From Anthoceros angustus (Eukaryota > Plantae > Anthocerotophyta), in NCBI GenBank assembly GCA_010909165.1, contig MU008158.1:432581-496580 (forward strand): a DNA stretch of 64,000 nucleotides, given 5' to 3'. The notes under the pieces are model-generated. The model did not search any database and was not told where the DNA came from. It saw only the letters and a list, made by a program, of their open reading frames with translations. Shown in pieces: positions 36,701 to 49,599 of the stretch (the first letter of the stretch is position 1; each line of letters opens with the position of its first letter). The position numbers were made by a program, and so were the translations under genes.

Positions 36701-39700
36701 ACATGCCAAAAATAAGAACATCAATTTCCTCCATTCTTCTTCGCTAAGGGCATCGGTTTCCCTTGACCATGCCCCTCGTTAAAACTAGGGGCCCAAAAGC
36801 CTCTCCACCTCCTCGTTCCCCAACTTGTCCCTCGGTCCATTTGCGAGTCCGGTCTTTGACATCCACCCCAACGGAGGCTGCCATCGGCCGCCCTCCATGT
36901 CCAACTTGCCATGGGCCCCCACCGCCCATATTCCCTCGAGCGCTCTCTTCCTCCTTGACTCCTGCAGCCTTCACCGCCCGCTTTTCGCCGCTCTTGGATA
37001 CCATGGATCGCCACTTGGCTTGGGCACCTCGGGTGAGCTCGCTTCCACCTAATCTAAATCTTGCATCCTTTGGATGAGTGCCCGAGCTCCCACGATAATT
37101 GTCTTCCACATCTCGGCCTCCTCACTTTCTTCAAGCTCACCTGTTACGGACTTAGAGGCATTTCCCACACACAAGGCAACCTTAGACACCATGAGGAACA
37201 TGGACCACAGTTATGTCAAATGGAGAGCATGAGGAACACTGAGCCACCTCCACAACATCCATGATGCCGCCAAGGACTTGAGGACGTTGAACATCCGTTC
37301 CTTCAGTCAAGACAAGCCTGTTGAAGCTCATCTTTGAGCACGAGTCCTCCGTCGCCAGCTCCTCAACCGCAATCTGAGCTCTTCTCCAGAGCATATGTGG
37401 CTTGAAGTCGACCCGAAGGTGGGCGACCAAGGATCTGTGCCCTTGAATGTCCTCAAATCTTCGATGCTCTTACGCACCATCTCCATTTCGGAACACTTGC
37501 GAATGTCGAACGCCACCTCCCAAGCCTGCTTTTTCACCGGTCAAAGCATGCTTTACCTCCTTTGCAACGCATCCACCTTGTCAAGTTGGACATTTACATC
37601 ATCAACTCCCTGATACGGATCGGTGGTTCGAGCACGAGCCACCTTGGTCTTCCTTCGCGAGCTTCCTTCACCTTCACAAGTACAAAGGCAAGTAAATCAC
37701 CCATCGGTGGATCTAGTGGGACACTGCGGAAAATGTGCCCACCGTCGAGCAAACGTGAAGGAAAAGTGATCTGGGCACATCAAGTGGAGGAGAAAAGAGC
37801 AAATGACCAGGATACAGGCTTGAAGGCGGCCGAAGGTGGTGACCAAGGATCTGCCCTTGAATGTCCTCAAAAGTCTCGTCATCTTCGATGCTCTTACGCA
37901 CCATCTCCATTTCACAGGAACACTTGCGAATGTCGACGCCACCTCCCAAGCCTCTGTTTTCCGGTCAAAGCATGCTTTACCTCCTTTGCAGCATCCACCT
38001 TGTCAAGTTGGACATTTACATCATCAACTCCCTGATACGGATCGGTGGTTCGAGCACGGTAGCCACCTTGGTCTTCCTTCGCGAGCTTCCTTCACCTTCA
38101 CAAGTACAAAGGCAAGTAAATCACCCATCGGTGGATCTAGTGGGACAATTGCGAGAAAGTAGCAATGTGCCCACCGTCGAGCAAACGTGAAGGAAAAGTG
38201 ATCTGGGCACATCAAGTGGAGGAGAAACACGAGCAAATGACCGAGGATACAACGCACATGTTGCTCAACAACTTAGTGCAGTGGTGACCAAGGCAACAAC
38301 GAGCATGGTGCACTTCACATGACCCTACACCATGGCAAACTAGGTTGAATGACCGGGAGGGCGGACTAGGGTGCACCTCACATGATAGTAGGCGGTGTAG
38401 AGGACTTAGCGACCGGGCATGACAAACATGTAGCACAAGGTGAGACAAACTTGAAAGCACGGTAGCCTACCCACAGCAGTGCGGCTCTTCCTCCTTGACT
38501 CCTGCACCGCCTCGCCCGCTTTCCCTCACGGACTTCGTTTCTTATTCCTCCCTGTTTGTGTCTTCTCGTGGAAGGTCTTCCGATTCACGTCGAGGCCAAC
38601 AAGTTTCTCCAGAATTCCAAGGGCCATGAGCCTAGGGATCGCTTCTCCCAGTGGGCCTCGGCTCGTACATGCCAAAAATAAGAACATCAATTTCCTCCAT
38701 TCTTCTTCGCTAAGGGCATCGGTTTCCCTTGACCATGCCCCTCGTTAAAACTAGGGGCCCAAAAGCCTCTCCACCTCCTCGTTCCCCAACTTTGTCCCTC
38801 GGTCCATTTGCGAGTCCGGTCTTTGACATCCACCCCAGACAACGGAGGCGCCATCACCGCCTCCATGTCCAACTTGCCATGGGCCCTTTCCCGCCCATAT
38901 TCCTCCAAGCGCTCTCTTTCCGGGCCGCTCGGCCCTTCCCTTCCGCGCTCTTCTTGGATACCATGGATCCGCCACTGCTTGGGCACCTCGTGAGCTCGCT
39001 TCCACCGCAATCTCCACATCGCCATCCTTTGGATGAGTGCCCGAGCTCCCACCGATAATTGTCTTCCACATCTCGGCCTCCTCACTTTCTTCAAGCTCCC
39101 GTTGTCTGGACTTAGAGGCATTTCCCCTGCACACACAAGGCAACCTTAGACACCATGAGGAACATGGACCACAGTTATGTCAAATGGAGAGCATGAGGAA
39201 CATGAGCCACCCTCCACATCTCGCACTATGAAAACACACCGCCTCGAGCCGGGCCTTCTTTAGCGAGGCCATCACCGCGTCTGGGCGGCCTCCATCACCT
39301 GTGCTGCCTCGAGCGACAACGGCTGGTCGACCAAGATGCCTCGGCGGGCATGCCTCGCCATCGCCTAGGCTCGCCTCGTCCTCCGCCATCCGCCCTCCAT
39401 GTCCAACTTGCCATGGGCCCTTTCCCGCCCATATTCCCTCGAGCGCTCTCTTCTTTGCCGGCTCCCTTCCCTTCCGCTTTCCTGCTCTTGGATACCATGG
39501 ATCGCCACTTGGCTTGGGCACCTCGTGAGCTCGCTTCCACCTCGCCGCAATCTCGTCACACATCCTTTGGATGAGTGCCCGAGCTCCCACGATAATTGTC
39601 TTCCACATCTCGGCCTCCTCACTTTCTTCAAGCTCCTGCGGACTTAGAGGCATTTCCCACACACACAAGGCAACCTTAGACACCATGAGGAACATGGACC

Positions 39701-40135
39701 ACAGTTATGTCAAATGGAGAGCATGAGGAACACTGAGCCACCCTCCACATCTCGCACTATGAAAACACACACCTCGGTGGCCGGGCCTTCTTTAGCGAGG
39801 CCATCACGCGTCTTTGCCACTGGGCCTCCATCACCAGGCTCGCCCTTGCCTCGGCGGCTACAACTCGCTGGTCGACCGGCCCTCGGCGGGCATGCCTCAG
39901 CGACCATCGCCTAGGCACGCCCTCGTCCTCCGCCATCCTCGCCCGTGCGGACAAGGCCCATGTCGTGGCCCCAAGCCTGGCTCGAGGGAGGGCTCCACAA
40001 GCTGGGCCTCGGGACATGCGAGTGGAGGTGCCTCCCCCCTTGAGCGCAAAACACTCCTCACGTCACGATTACCACCTCACCCACGAGGACTGCCACTAGG
40101 AAACATGTAGTACCTGGAGGGCATCCGCATCATAG
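33750..40135 (-). CDS. Degraded/frameshifted transposon-associated gene with RING-like zinc finger, heptad repeats and a C-terminal domain similar to the Sola2 transposase C-terminus
   Basis: NACPICA (~35600-35625) and SCGHMYHEFCLFSHLQTNKHCALEDC (~35410-35490) form a RING-H2-like pattern. EVEKAT repeats lie at ~34420-34860. C-terminal QELEPGDNYMVRAEPGNIENVNFYLLRC...AEVVEGNYY (ORF 33574-34173). A telo-box AAACCCTA lies at ~40211 and a candidate ATG near 40130. Exon structure is unresolved. Confidence 0.5.
34420..34860. repeat. 21-bp minisatellite (TGGCCTTCTCCACCTCAAGTG-type) encoding 7-aa VEKATxE repeats on the minus strand
   Basis: Many ggccttctccac copies at 21-bp periodicity. Translates to MEKATLEVEKAIHDVEKAIPKVDTAVEKAIH... 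Confidence 0.9.
35690..39940. repeat. Complex kb-scale tandem duplications within the minus-strand gene
   Basis: caacatccatga..gccaaggacttgaggacgttgaacatccgttcc at ~35700 and ~37250. gcccttgaatgtcctcaaa..cttacgcaccatctccatttc at ~35880, 37440 and 37853. 36240-37250 is repeated at ~38225-39215. acacaaggcaaccttagacaccatgaggaacatggacc at ~37168, 39132 and 39663. Confidence 0.9.
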
Positions 40136-40899
40136 CTTCCGAGCTCCTAGGTGGGCGTTTCCTACAGTGGGCACAGATGTAGTCAGAGCAGGACCATGGC
40201 AGCAAACGCAAAACCCTAAACCCCAGTGAATGCAGCTTGAGCAACCTCGCACCTTGCAGTTGGTGGCTGCGAACTTGGTCCTCCCGGCGTGATTGCCCGT
40301 TCTCCCTTCCGCCGTGTGGCCTCTAAGCGTGGGGACCTCATTGCGTGGGCACCCTCCTCCCTTCCCGTGAACACTCCAAATGTCGATGGTCGATAGCGGT
40401 GGCGGCGCCTCGAGCTCCAGCGTGAAGATGAAGCTGCCACACCTTCACGAGCCGGTACTGGTTCCCAAGTTGTTTGCATGACATGTTCCGTTCCAAATTT
40501 GACTTAACTTCAAGTATAAATATTGGATAATCGAAACTTGGGGTATATGCGACATATTGCACATTTGCATATGTCACAAAATGTAGTATACCTAACTGCT
40601 AAGACCCTTGACGGTACATGCTGGGGAGGAAGTCCATGCGCTCAAGCCCTTCGCATAGGCATTGTCCTCGCGACATCACGTTCCCTTGCCAGACAGGCGC
40701 GATGACACACCGCTTTCAAGATGTCACCAGGCAATGCTAAAGGGATGGAACCTCACATGAGGAAGGCAGTACCTACACACAAAGACAAGTGTCTTTGCGT
40801 GAAGACTCACCGGACAACGGCTCAATCACACCTAGCGGTGGCATCTCGGGGCCACGTTAGCATATTGAGGACCACAGGCATCATACTCCTCGCCATCGT

Positions 40900-41700
40900 C
40901 CGTCATTGTCCCATATGCGGGTGGCCCGCCCTTGAGCCGAGCCTCTTCACGGAACGCTATTGCGGGCACATGGCGGGGATGTCACATCGCGGCCCTTATC
41001 CTGCGCACCACATGCTGTTCCACACACACGCCTCCAACGTTCGGCTCGCCCTCATGGTGGGCATGAAGGTGACATGTCGAGGAGTGGATGTGCGGGTTGG
41101 TGATGTCAATTAGTACTCCTCACCAAATCCGGCATGTACCCCTTATGCAGGAGCGCCCACTTCTCCCCGGTGACGCCGCTCAATCCTCTGCGGCGGAGCA
41201 GGCGCGATTACTACCACCACCTCCTCGGACAAGGCATCGCAAGCAACCTGATCGACTGGTTGTGCAGGGGCAGCGGATGAAATTCTTTAGTGTGCCCTTG
41301 GCCTCGCAGTTCATGTCGCCTCTATCGGGTTGTGCTTTCTGCATAGTCCGGCCGAATCAGGGATGGCCAAACCTCCTCCTGCATCCACATAGGCGTTGAA
41401 AATGGTTGTCCCCGCTTGTTGTCTTCCGGCACCAACCACGGGACGTAGTGGGTGGCCCCATCTATTGCACCATGGACTCGAAGTAGAATTGAGTACGACT
41501 TGTCATAGTGCACACAATCCAACCACATCCATTTCGGTGCACTGGCAATCGCTCCCATTCCAATCTAACGCATACGGCACACCGCACAAATCGGCCGGAG
41601 CCACTCACAATCCATGTGCCACATGAACATGGGTCGTGTTGTTGTCTTCTGAGCGGATCACGGGCCGTCGGCCGGCGAGCCATGTCTTCAGCGCATCAAC
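40900..41700 (-). mobile_element. IS3EU-like (eukaryotic IS3-type) DDE integrase core, degenerate
   Basis: PKWMWLDC..YDK..ILLRVHGAIDGATHYVPWLVPEDNKR..TIFNAY..FGHP..IRPDYAE resembles the PNxLWHxDGxxKL..IHGxIDGxS..DNNRAxT..YGxPSRxRxDxGxEN signature of IS3EU-type transposases. Confidence 0.6.
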
Positions 41701-44700
41701 GCATGACGCCTCGTCACTGCCTCCTTGGGATGTCGATTCCATCGACTTGCGGCTCCGCAGCACGGCGGATTCTGCATTGGCCGTGCGTGTGATGGCGTAT
41801 GAGTTGCAATGGCGTGGAGACCTCCACGGATAGCCTCCCATACTCGCCGCGCGCCATTCGGGTGCCGTTGCGAGCCTCGTCACCGTCCTCAAAGCTGCGG
41901 CTCGCGGCGGCTCGCCGGCATACGATTGCAGTGCACTGCCGGCCGTACACCTTCCGGCGTGGCGGAGTGTTACGGAAGGCTCCGCTACGCGGCCCGTCCT
42001 CCCCCTTCCTCGTGCTCATCCCCGCTTGCGGCGCCTCTTCCCCTCCGGCCCCTCGCGTGCATCGTGCGTCTGCAGCCCTTCCTCCCGGATGGTCCGGTCA
42101 TCCCAGTGCGGCGTCGTGCCCCACCACCGTCATCCCACGCCATTGGTGAGCCACCCGGCCATCGGCCTCCTCCGCAGGGTCGCTTCGCTTGGGGATGGGC
42201 AAGGTGGCTTGCACCGCGCACACCCGCTAAGCGTGAAGGCGTTCGCGTGGTTCCGTCTGCCGCAGGCCTCGCGGAGTCTATTGCGCCGAGCCACAGTGTT
42301 ATTCAAGTCATTCGTCAGGGTTGAACAAGAAATTGCGACAGCTGCGGCTACCCCGGTTGATTGCGGTTGCACCTCTTCCGCACAATCCTGTTCAAATCAT
42401 GCGCGCCCGGCGCGCAGTGTGTGCAAAGGGGCTTCACATCGTGTGTGCAAGATAGTGGCTCGCTCCCTTTCCCCATCACGCCCATGGGTGCGACCTTGAT
42501 GGAAGCTGCCAGCAGCTGTGATGGTTATACGATCGCGGTATTGCCAAACACCACCATCTGGCGCCTCTGCGTGTCGCGGATTACGTGGTACTGGCGCAGC
42601 GGGCGTTGTGAGGTCTCCTTTGGTCACCATGCGACAGCTTATGCGGTGCAAGGCTTTGCCTGCGGACAAGCTTCACACCAACTCGCGCAACACACGCTGC
42701 GCATTGTTACTATACGGGCCACTATGGGCCTCAGGAGCATCACAACAAACCATTGCCAGCGGCTCATTCCATGGGCGTGACACATCGAGGCGAGCAGCCC
42801 TTGGTCCTTCCCCTCAATAGCCTTCGTTGCTTCCGCTTGGCAAAACCGCGACGGCGGCCGCCTTACCTCAACCCGCGGAGGGTCCAAGAAGCTGGCGCAA
42901 ACATGAAAGCATGCGATCTTCCGGCAATCAGCGCGTGCCTTTGCGGCCCCCATGGTGTGGCATGCCACACGATGATGGTCACATGCCTCCTTGCCGAACA
43001 CCCTCTTCGTTGGTGAAAAGTCCATGTAGCGGATGAAATGCTATCCGGTTGTACAAATGGGAGGTGTGGCGGCCCAAAGAAGTTGTGGCGATCCACATCC
43101 ACATGCCGCGATGCATAATGTGCCACGCGCACCTGTTCATGCGGTGCAATGCCCTCGGGCCCCATCCACAACAGTGCCGGCGATCACTGCCCCCATCCTC
43201 TCGACTACCTTCCATGCCCACTTGCGTGCGGACTTTCATCCATCACTGTAATCGCAACCCACAGGTGCCTTCCGGCATGCTTCGTGTGCATGAGATAGGC
43301 GAGCAGTGCGGTGGGCTTCCTTCTTGTGCGAAATCCCTGAGGCACCCATTTCCTTACAGCACGGCATTGTCACTAGCGTCCCTATCTCAATTGTTAGGCC
43401 TTTCATGCGTGTGTGTCCTCCCGAATGGCATCACAACATGCCATCGAGCTCTTTGGCGTTCGGCACTGCGTCATGACATCCGCCCCACCACGGTTGCTTG
43501 GCACCACCCCTCCCTCATGGCTGCAGGGCCTGTCATCCTCTCCACCGCCCGGCAAGTCCTTGTGCAGCGTGTCCAGCTCCCCTCCACAACCAAGAGGACC
43601 CATTTCCCGGACCACTCTCGACCACGCGCCTCTTGTCACTGCGCCGATGCGCCCTCGCACATGCGGTCGGTGGAATGGATTGTGAGCTCTCCCATGTTCC
43701 ATCGTGCGCCCGCTCTATGTCATGATCCACCGTCGTTTCCATGGCTTGCTCGGATGTCCGGCTCCGTTGGCGGCCCCTCTGCGGTGCGCCCCTGCAGGCA
43801 GTCCTGCGGATTGTGTCCACATGCGCGATAGTCGTGGGTCGGTGGCATTCTCCGCGTCCCTCCATCGCCGTCGCACCTCACACGTCGCCCCTGCCGCGAC
43901 CTCGCCTCCGCCCGGGCGTCCCCTCCTGCGCAGCTGCGGTGCATTCTCAGCGGCATCATTTGCCATACCACTACCTTGGTGCCTTGCGTCGCGCCGAACT
44001 CGCGTGGATCTCATACTTCACTTGCAACCCACAGAATCACATTGAGCAGTTGCGCCAATCGATGGATATGGGCGGCAATGCAAGACACTCGGTGGTACCT
44101 ATCGTCGCGGTGAGGCGGTACGTAAGCCTCCTTTGAGGCCGTATCCCAACATTTACTGCGCGATCTAGAAGCGCCTCGGCGTGCAATCCAACACTATCAA
44201 CATGGAGGTTTGAGAATTCATATGCAACCACCGGACACTGCGGACACACGGCGCGCTTATGCGGCCGCCCACCACAGCGTTGCCTTCGTCCCTTTCACCG
44301 GCCCTCCGCCTCATTGTTCCTTGTGGCAAGCAGTCGTCGCTGACACACCCGCCTTGCGGCCCACACCCGCCTCGTGCCTCGCGCTCCCTTCCACGGTCGC
44401 CGCGCCACACCACCCTTGCCGGATGCGGGGGAGGGAGGGTGGGGGCAGCGCCTCGTGGCTCGCGCTCCCTCCCACGGTCGCCGCACCACCATAGCCGGGT
44501 GCAGGCGGGGAGGAGGGAGGCGCTTCAAGTAGCACTCATTGTACCACGGGGTGGGCGCGGGCGCCGCCATTCAAGCGGTCATTCAATGTGCAAAACAAGT
44601 AATAAATATGGCGCATCCCGAATTTTCGGGGCGATTATTGCATTATTTTCCGATCCGCCTTGGTGTGCGTCGCGCCATTGGTGGTCTCCACGGAACATTG

Positions 44701-46400
44701 CAAGCCCACGCATCGGGCAATGTTCATGACTAGCGGGGTTCGTCCTGTAGCGACCACTTGCGGGGTACTGCGGGCACAACATCATGGGCGGAAAGCATAT
44801 TGCTGAAAATGATCGCTGCGTCGCCGTGTACAACACAATCCATGTCTTTGCAACTCTCGTCTCACACCTCACCCCTCACACCCGACATGCGTTCTTCCAT
44901 CTACACACTGATTCACAGACAAAACTTACTGCGGCTTAAGCGAATGCGCGTACATACGGCACGTTGTTGCGGTTGCGAGGCGGCGGAAATGCTCCCTGTC
45001 GGCCGCCCTCTGCGGTTGCACCCACCACTATGTTTACGTGCACGCCTTGCGAGGCGTTGAACTCGATTGCTCCTCGCCTCGGCGCGCGTCTCGAATATGC
45101 CACCACATGGGCTTTGTCTGCGGGTTAATCTCGCCGAGCAGGCGGTCTTCTCATTCCAATTGAGCTCACTTTCGCGCGAAATCCACCAACTGTAGAACCT
45201 CCTAGGCCATCTTTCCACCAAATCGGTGGCCCCGTCGTGCACTGTGCGAACCAAACCCGCGGGTCATGCATTTGCCGGTCGCTCCCGGCTTGCCCATCTT
45301 CCATTCGATCGGTGGCGGTATCGAAACGATGCATGAAAACATGGCACTCCACCGGTGTAAGCGCTCTCGCGATAATTTGTCCGCCACTCCATTCCGTTTG
45401 TCCCCAGGTGCGGGTGGTATAGGGCTCGCAAGTTTATTGGATACCCCTCCATTCGAAGGCATTGGCTCGATGGTCTTCAACAAAGTCCAAAAACTCGAGG
45501 CTCCCTATAGTTGATGGGAACCATGGGCCACCAGTGTACTCTCGAGGCATTGCATCTCCCATATCTTCCCATGACGGCCCGCTTGCCACCGTGTGTTGTG
45601 CGGGGCGCTTGACACACACTGCCGAAGCCCGGCCGTCAGCCTTGCCGGCAAGATATTGCGCGTGGCCATCGCCTCCAATGCACATGATCCTCCCAGGTAG
45701 ACGGAGGCGCGCACACACACTCGTCCAACCTACCTTGGATGCCCGCCGCCCACTCATAGCAAGTGATCGCGGGTTCCTCATCGTCCACTCCGGTCCGGAT
45801 GCACGCAAGGCTTCAGCGCGTGGAGGGTTTAGCGTGACCAGTCGATTCTGCGGCTTATTGGCGGTTGCCCGTCGCCCCATGGTTGCGTGCTGGCCGTCGC
45901 CCGGTGGCAGATCCGGGGTCTTTTCCAACTCAAGCGCAGTTCTTTGGTGGAAGGGTTCGCATCCGGCCGACCCAGTTGGGCCCGTTTGTTGCCATTCGGG
46001 CCTCATCTCGACTCGCGGACATTGCAGTGTGCAGGTGGTCCCTACCCTCTACCATTTCGCAACTTGCCTTTCCCAACTTATCAGTGGTCAGCCCCAGGGA
46101 AACCTGACCCCCACTCATCCCATCCAGCCGGCGCGGCATATTGTGCGGCCAATCTGAGAAGCGAACCCCCACCGCTTCCTCCCAGCGCCCCCCCTCCCCC
46201 CATCTCACTCGGCACCTCCGGTCGCGATGGCAGGTACCTGTTTAAGGGGTGGGCCGGGTGGTAGGTTACGCACTTCTTGTCCCCTCCACCGCACATTTCC
46301 ATCAATTCGGGAAGGGCATCTCGACCGAGGGCATGTAGCAAGCGACATTGTCGGGAATACTTTTTTCGATTGTTTTTGCCTGTAATTCCTTGGTTTGAGT
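41700..46400 (-). other. Unidentified, frameshifted coding-like sequence upstream of the IS3EU-like core (probably part of the same element)
   Basis: GC-rich, with overlapping Trp/Cys/His-rich minus-strand ORF fragments. Part of it (43250-43950) resembles the 62-64 kb repeats. No domain was recognised. Confidence 0.3.
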
Positions 46401-46778
46401 GGCATTTTTGTTACGAAATCGGTGGATAAAACATTATGGGCTGATTCTATTTGGCTTTATCGCACCCCATCGACATATAGCCCAGGCACCTTGGCGGGGA
46501 CACCCTCCGAGACAATTTTGATTAATGCCCTTATACTACATCGTCGCTTGATGTGTGAACTATTTTATACCTCATATTATTCTACTCAATTTTTCCTCCA
46601 AATGCTTGATTGTGGTATGGCGAAAAGACAGCGTTGTGGACACTTTGTCTTTCCTTGCCTCCTAGCGGCCTTCCATATATCGCCCATCATCAGCGGCGCA
46701 CTATGCTTTCACTGACTGCGTATCGGACGTCCCGCTGAATGTGTAGAATAGATCTGGGAAATTGGGCTGGTACCAAAG

Positions 46779-49377
46779 TGCTGGGCTATGTAACTTCCAC
46801 GGGAATTGAGGAAATAAGCAGGTTTCAAGTGTTTTTTAGGATTGAAGGATAAATAAGGCGAAGGTTAGAGGCGAGAGGGCCAAAGAGGGTGAGACTCGAG
46901 GACCTCACCACTCGGGACTGAGGTCTGATTAGGTCGGAGAACCAGTCCGGACTTACTCGGGGGCGGTATCAGAGGTCCTTGGCGGACCGAATGCTCCCTC
47001 ACGGACTTTGTGGGGCCTCACCTGGCCGTGGAAGAAACACGGCGAGTCACAGCTACCGTCATGGACGGAATGCTTTGGGGTCTCGTGCAGTGGAGAAGAC
47101 CCGAAGTGGAGGCCACCCGGAGGAGGATGGTGGAACTCAAGAGCAAGTGAAGGCCCGGGCAAAGGAAAAGGCGGAGTCCCTCGCTCGGATCGAGGAAGGA
47201 AGCGGGTGGCGGAGGCCAGGTTCGGACCGGGCCAAGGTTCTTGTTTCTGAGCAGTGAAGCCTCGAGAGGCCCAAGCGGCGGAGGACTGCGGCGAAGGGAA
47301 GCGCGGGGAGGCGGAAGAGGCCGGGCTGGAGAGCTCGGGACTGGCGGAGGCGGCTAGGCGGCGCCAAGTGGGCGAGCCAGTAAAGGCGAAGGTGAGCCGC
47401 GGCAGAGCGGCCGGGATCACTGACGTGATCGGGCGGTGGAGAGAGTCAGTATGAGGAGAGGCTAACTCGAAGGCCGCCAGGTATGGGCGAGAGCAGGCCG
47501 GCACTCGGGAGATAGGAGATCTCGATGCAGTGCAGTAGAAGGGAGGCGGCGGATGGAGGCAGCAAGGACAGCTGGAGCTACAACTCCAAGATGCGTCGGA
47601 GGCGGCGGTGATTCTCAGCGAGAGAATCCACGACTTCGAGCACGAAGCAGTGCCTCCGGCTCACGGCGGAGGAAAATCGGCGACTATCGAGTTGGGCGTT
47701 GCCGCTCTGAAGGAAGTCCAGTCGGACGGAGGTATGACCTTTGGAGAGGAGGCGGAGCTAAAGGCCGGAATGAGCGGAGGCGAGCCTGGGCGAGAAAAAG
47801 CTGGTCCGGTGAGAAAGGCGGAAGGGGCTGCGCTATGGCGGGGGTGGCGATGGAAGGAAGCAGCGGGCTGGGCGGTGAACAGCGGCAGTGACGAGCCCAG
47901 CCTCGCGTGGTCTGACCGGCTCCCGGTATCAAATCTGGAGGTGGCCCAACAAGCCCACGGCCACGCCCGGAACACTTATGGCGGAGGGAGTATCGGGTGC
48001 TCGGGCACGTGGAAGAGGCAATTCAACAAGTCGATTCGGACTTTGCCACCAGCTCTGAAGGTAGAAGCCTCTCGGCCCCTGCAGACGGACGGACCTGGAA
48101 GGCTCGGAAGGAGATGAAGGCCACGGGCAGCCGGGGACCCTAGTGGCCTGTTTGAGATGACGGGAGGCGGAGAGGAGCAGCGGAGGAGGCGGAGGAGGCG
48201 GATCGGAGGTAAGCACCACCTCACCATGGAAGGAGGGCCAGAAGGAGTCAGCGATCGGGAGCAGTGGAGGACTTGAGGAGAGCCACGGAGGTCCGTGAGG
48301 AGGAAACGGGTGGGCGTGAGTCCGGACTTTGTCCGGACCCGGAGGCGGACCAGTCGGACCTCGGTAAGTCCGGACCACAGTCGGACCCAGTCTCAAGTCC
48401 GGACCCGTAATAAGTCCGGACCACGAGTCCGGACCCGTGTCATCCGGACCCAGTCCGGACCCCGAACAAGGTCGGACCTGGCGGACCGAAATAAGCCGGA
48501 CTCACGAGTTCGAGTCGAGGCGGCTCGAGGCCGGCTGCGGCGATGAGGAGGCCCCGACTTACGCTAGGGAGATGGTGGTGGCCCCGTGAAGGACCGAGGA
48601 GGCGGGAGGATGGCGTCGTGGTAGCGGTTGTCGAACCGTGTAACAACGCGGATTCGGGAGAGGAGGGCCCGCCTCACGGATCATCCGATTGGGTGCACTG
48701 TCGGGACGATTGGACCACCCATTCGCGGGGCCAGGACCTTCCCACAGTCGGCGAAGGAGATAGGGGATAGTGGCGATTAGGGTATCCGGGCTCTCGAATA
48801 GGGGTGTAATAAAGACGCCACCTTGGGCGCGATATAAGAGGTGCTCTAGTAAAGCATCTTTCTCTTGGTGTTGATGCCGCGTTCTTGCGGACCTTTGTGA
48901 GTCTTCTTGCTAACGTGAGTCTGAGTCAGGCCACGGACTCGGGAGATTGATCAAGGTCCCGTGGCGGACTTAGCAGCGTTGTGGTGTGTGCGGGAAGGGT
49001 GGCGGTGACCGTGCTCGTCCGGAGCGTGCACCGAGCAGGAGCAGTGGCCGGAGGAACTCGGGAGGGTGTGTAGAGCCGGACGGAGAGGCCGGCGGAGCAG
49101 CGGAGGAGGTCGGATGCGTAACCAGCGTCTTTTCTAAGGCGAAGAGTGTAGCGTGAGAGGAGAGAGAAAGACGGGCGTGAGGATGTATGTGAGCGATCTG
49201 AGCAGTCCTAAACGTTTAGCCATACCGGGCTGTCAGTGCGTTGTAGTAGGAGTATGTGTGTGAGGAGCAGGCTGGGGCGGTAGAATCACGAAGCAGTGAG
49301 CAGGGCCTATCATTCCCTTGGAGCGGACTTCTTCCTACAACGACGGGATTGTGCGTGGCCATCGAAAGTCCGCCACA
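46779..49377 (+). repeat. 5' LTR
   Basis: Starts TG(c)tgggctatg and ends gtccgccaCA. Colinear with 54755-57436. Confidence 0.88.
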
Positions 49378-49380
49378 TTT

Positions 49381-49395
49381 TGGCGCCGTTCGGGA
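49381..49395 (+). promoter_or_regulatory. Primer-binding site complementary to the tRNA-Asp 3' end
   Basis: TGGCGCCGTT(c)GGGA lies 3 nt after the LTR-terminal CA. It matches the Athila-type TGGCGCCGTTGCCGGGG PBS. Confidence 0.8.
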
Positions 49396-49599
49396 ATGAA
49401 ATCGTGTGCAAAGTGCGTCCTTAGGAAGAGAAGGTAAGTGGCGTGGCGGTCGGCGGCGGTCAAGTGAACCGTCGGGAGGATCGGACGTGGTCACCTCGCG
49501 TGCTCTCAGCCAGGGAGAGGGAGGCGTCAAACCCAGAGAGCTCGATCGGAGGAGGAGAACGTGGTCGAATTGTCGGACCAAGGCAGTCGGTACGGGGGC

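Noticed and set aside
27430-40225. Inverted similarity between 27430-27462 and 40190-40225 as TIRs
   Set aside because: The match is limited to ~35 bp around telo-box-like AACCCTAA motifs and does not extend on either side.
42940-42975. PHHGG as a metallo-beta-lactamase motif
   Set aside because: It is a single short motif in frameshifted sequence, and no HxHxDH motif was found.
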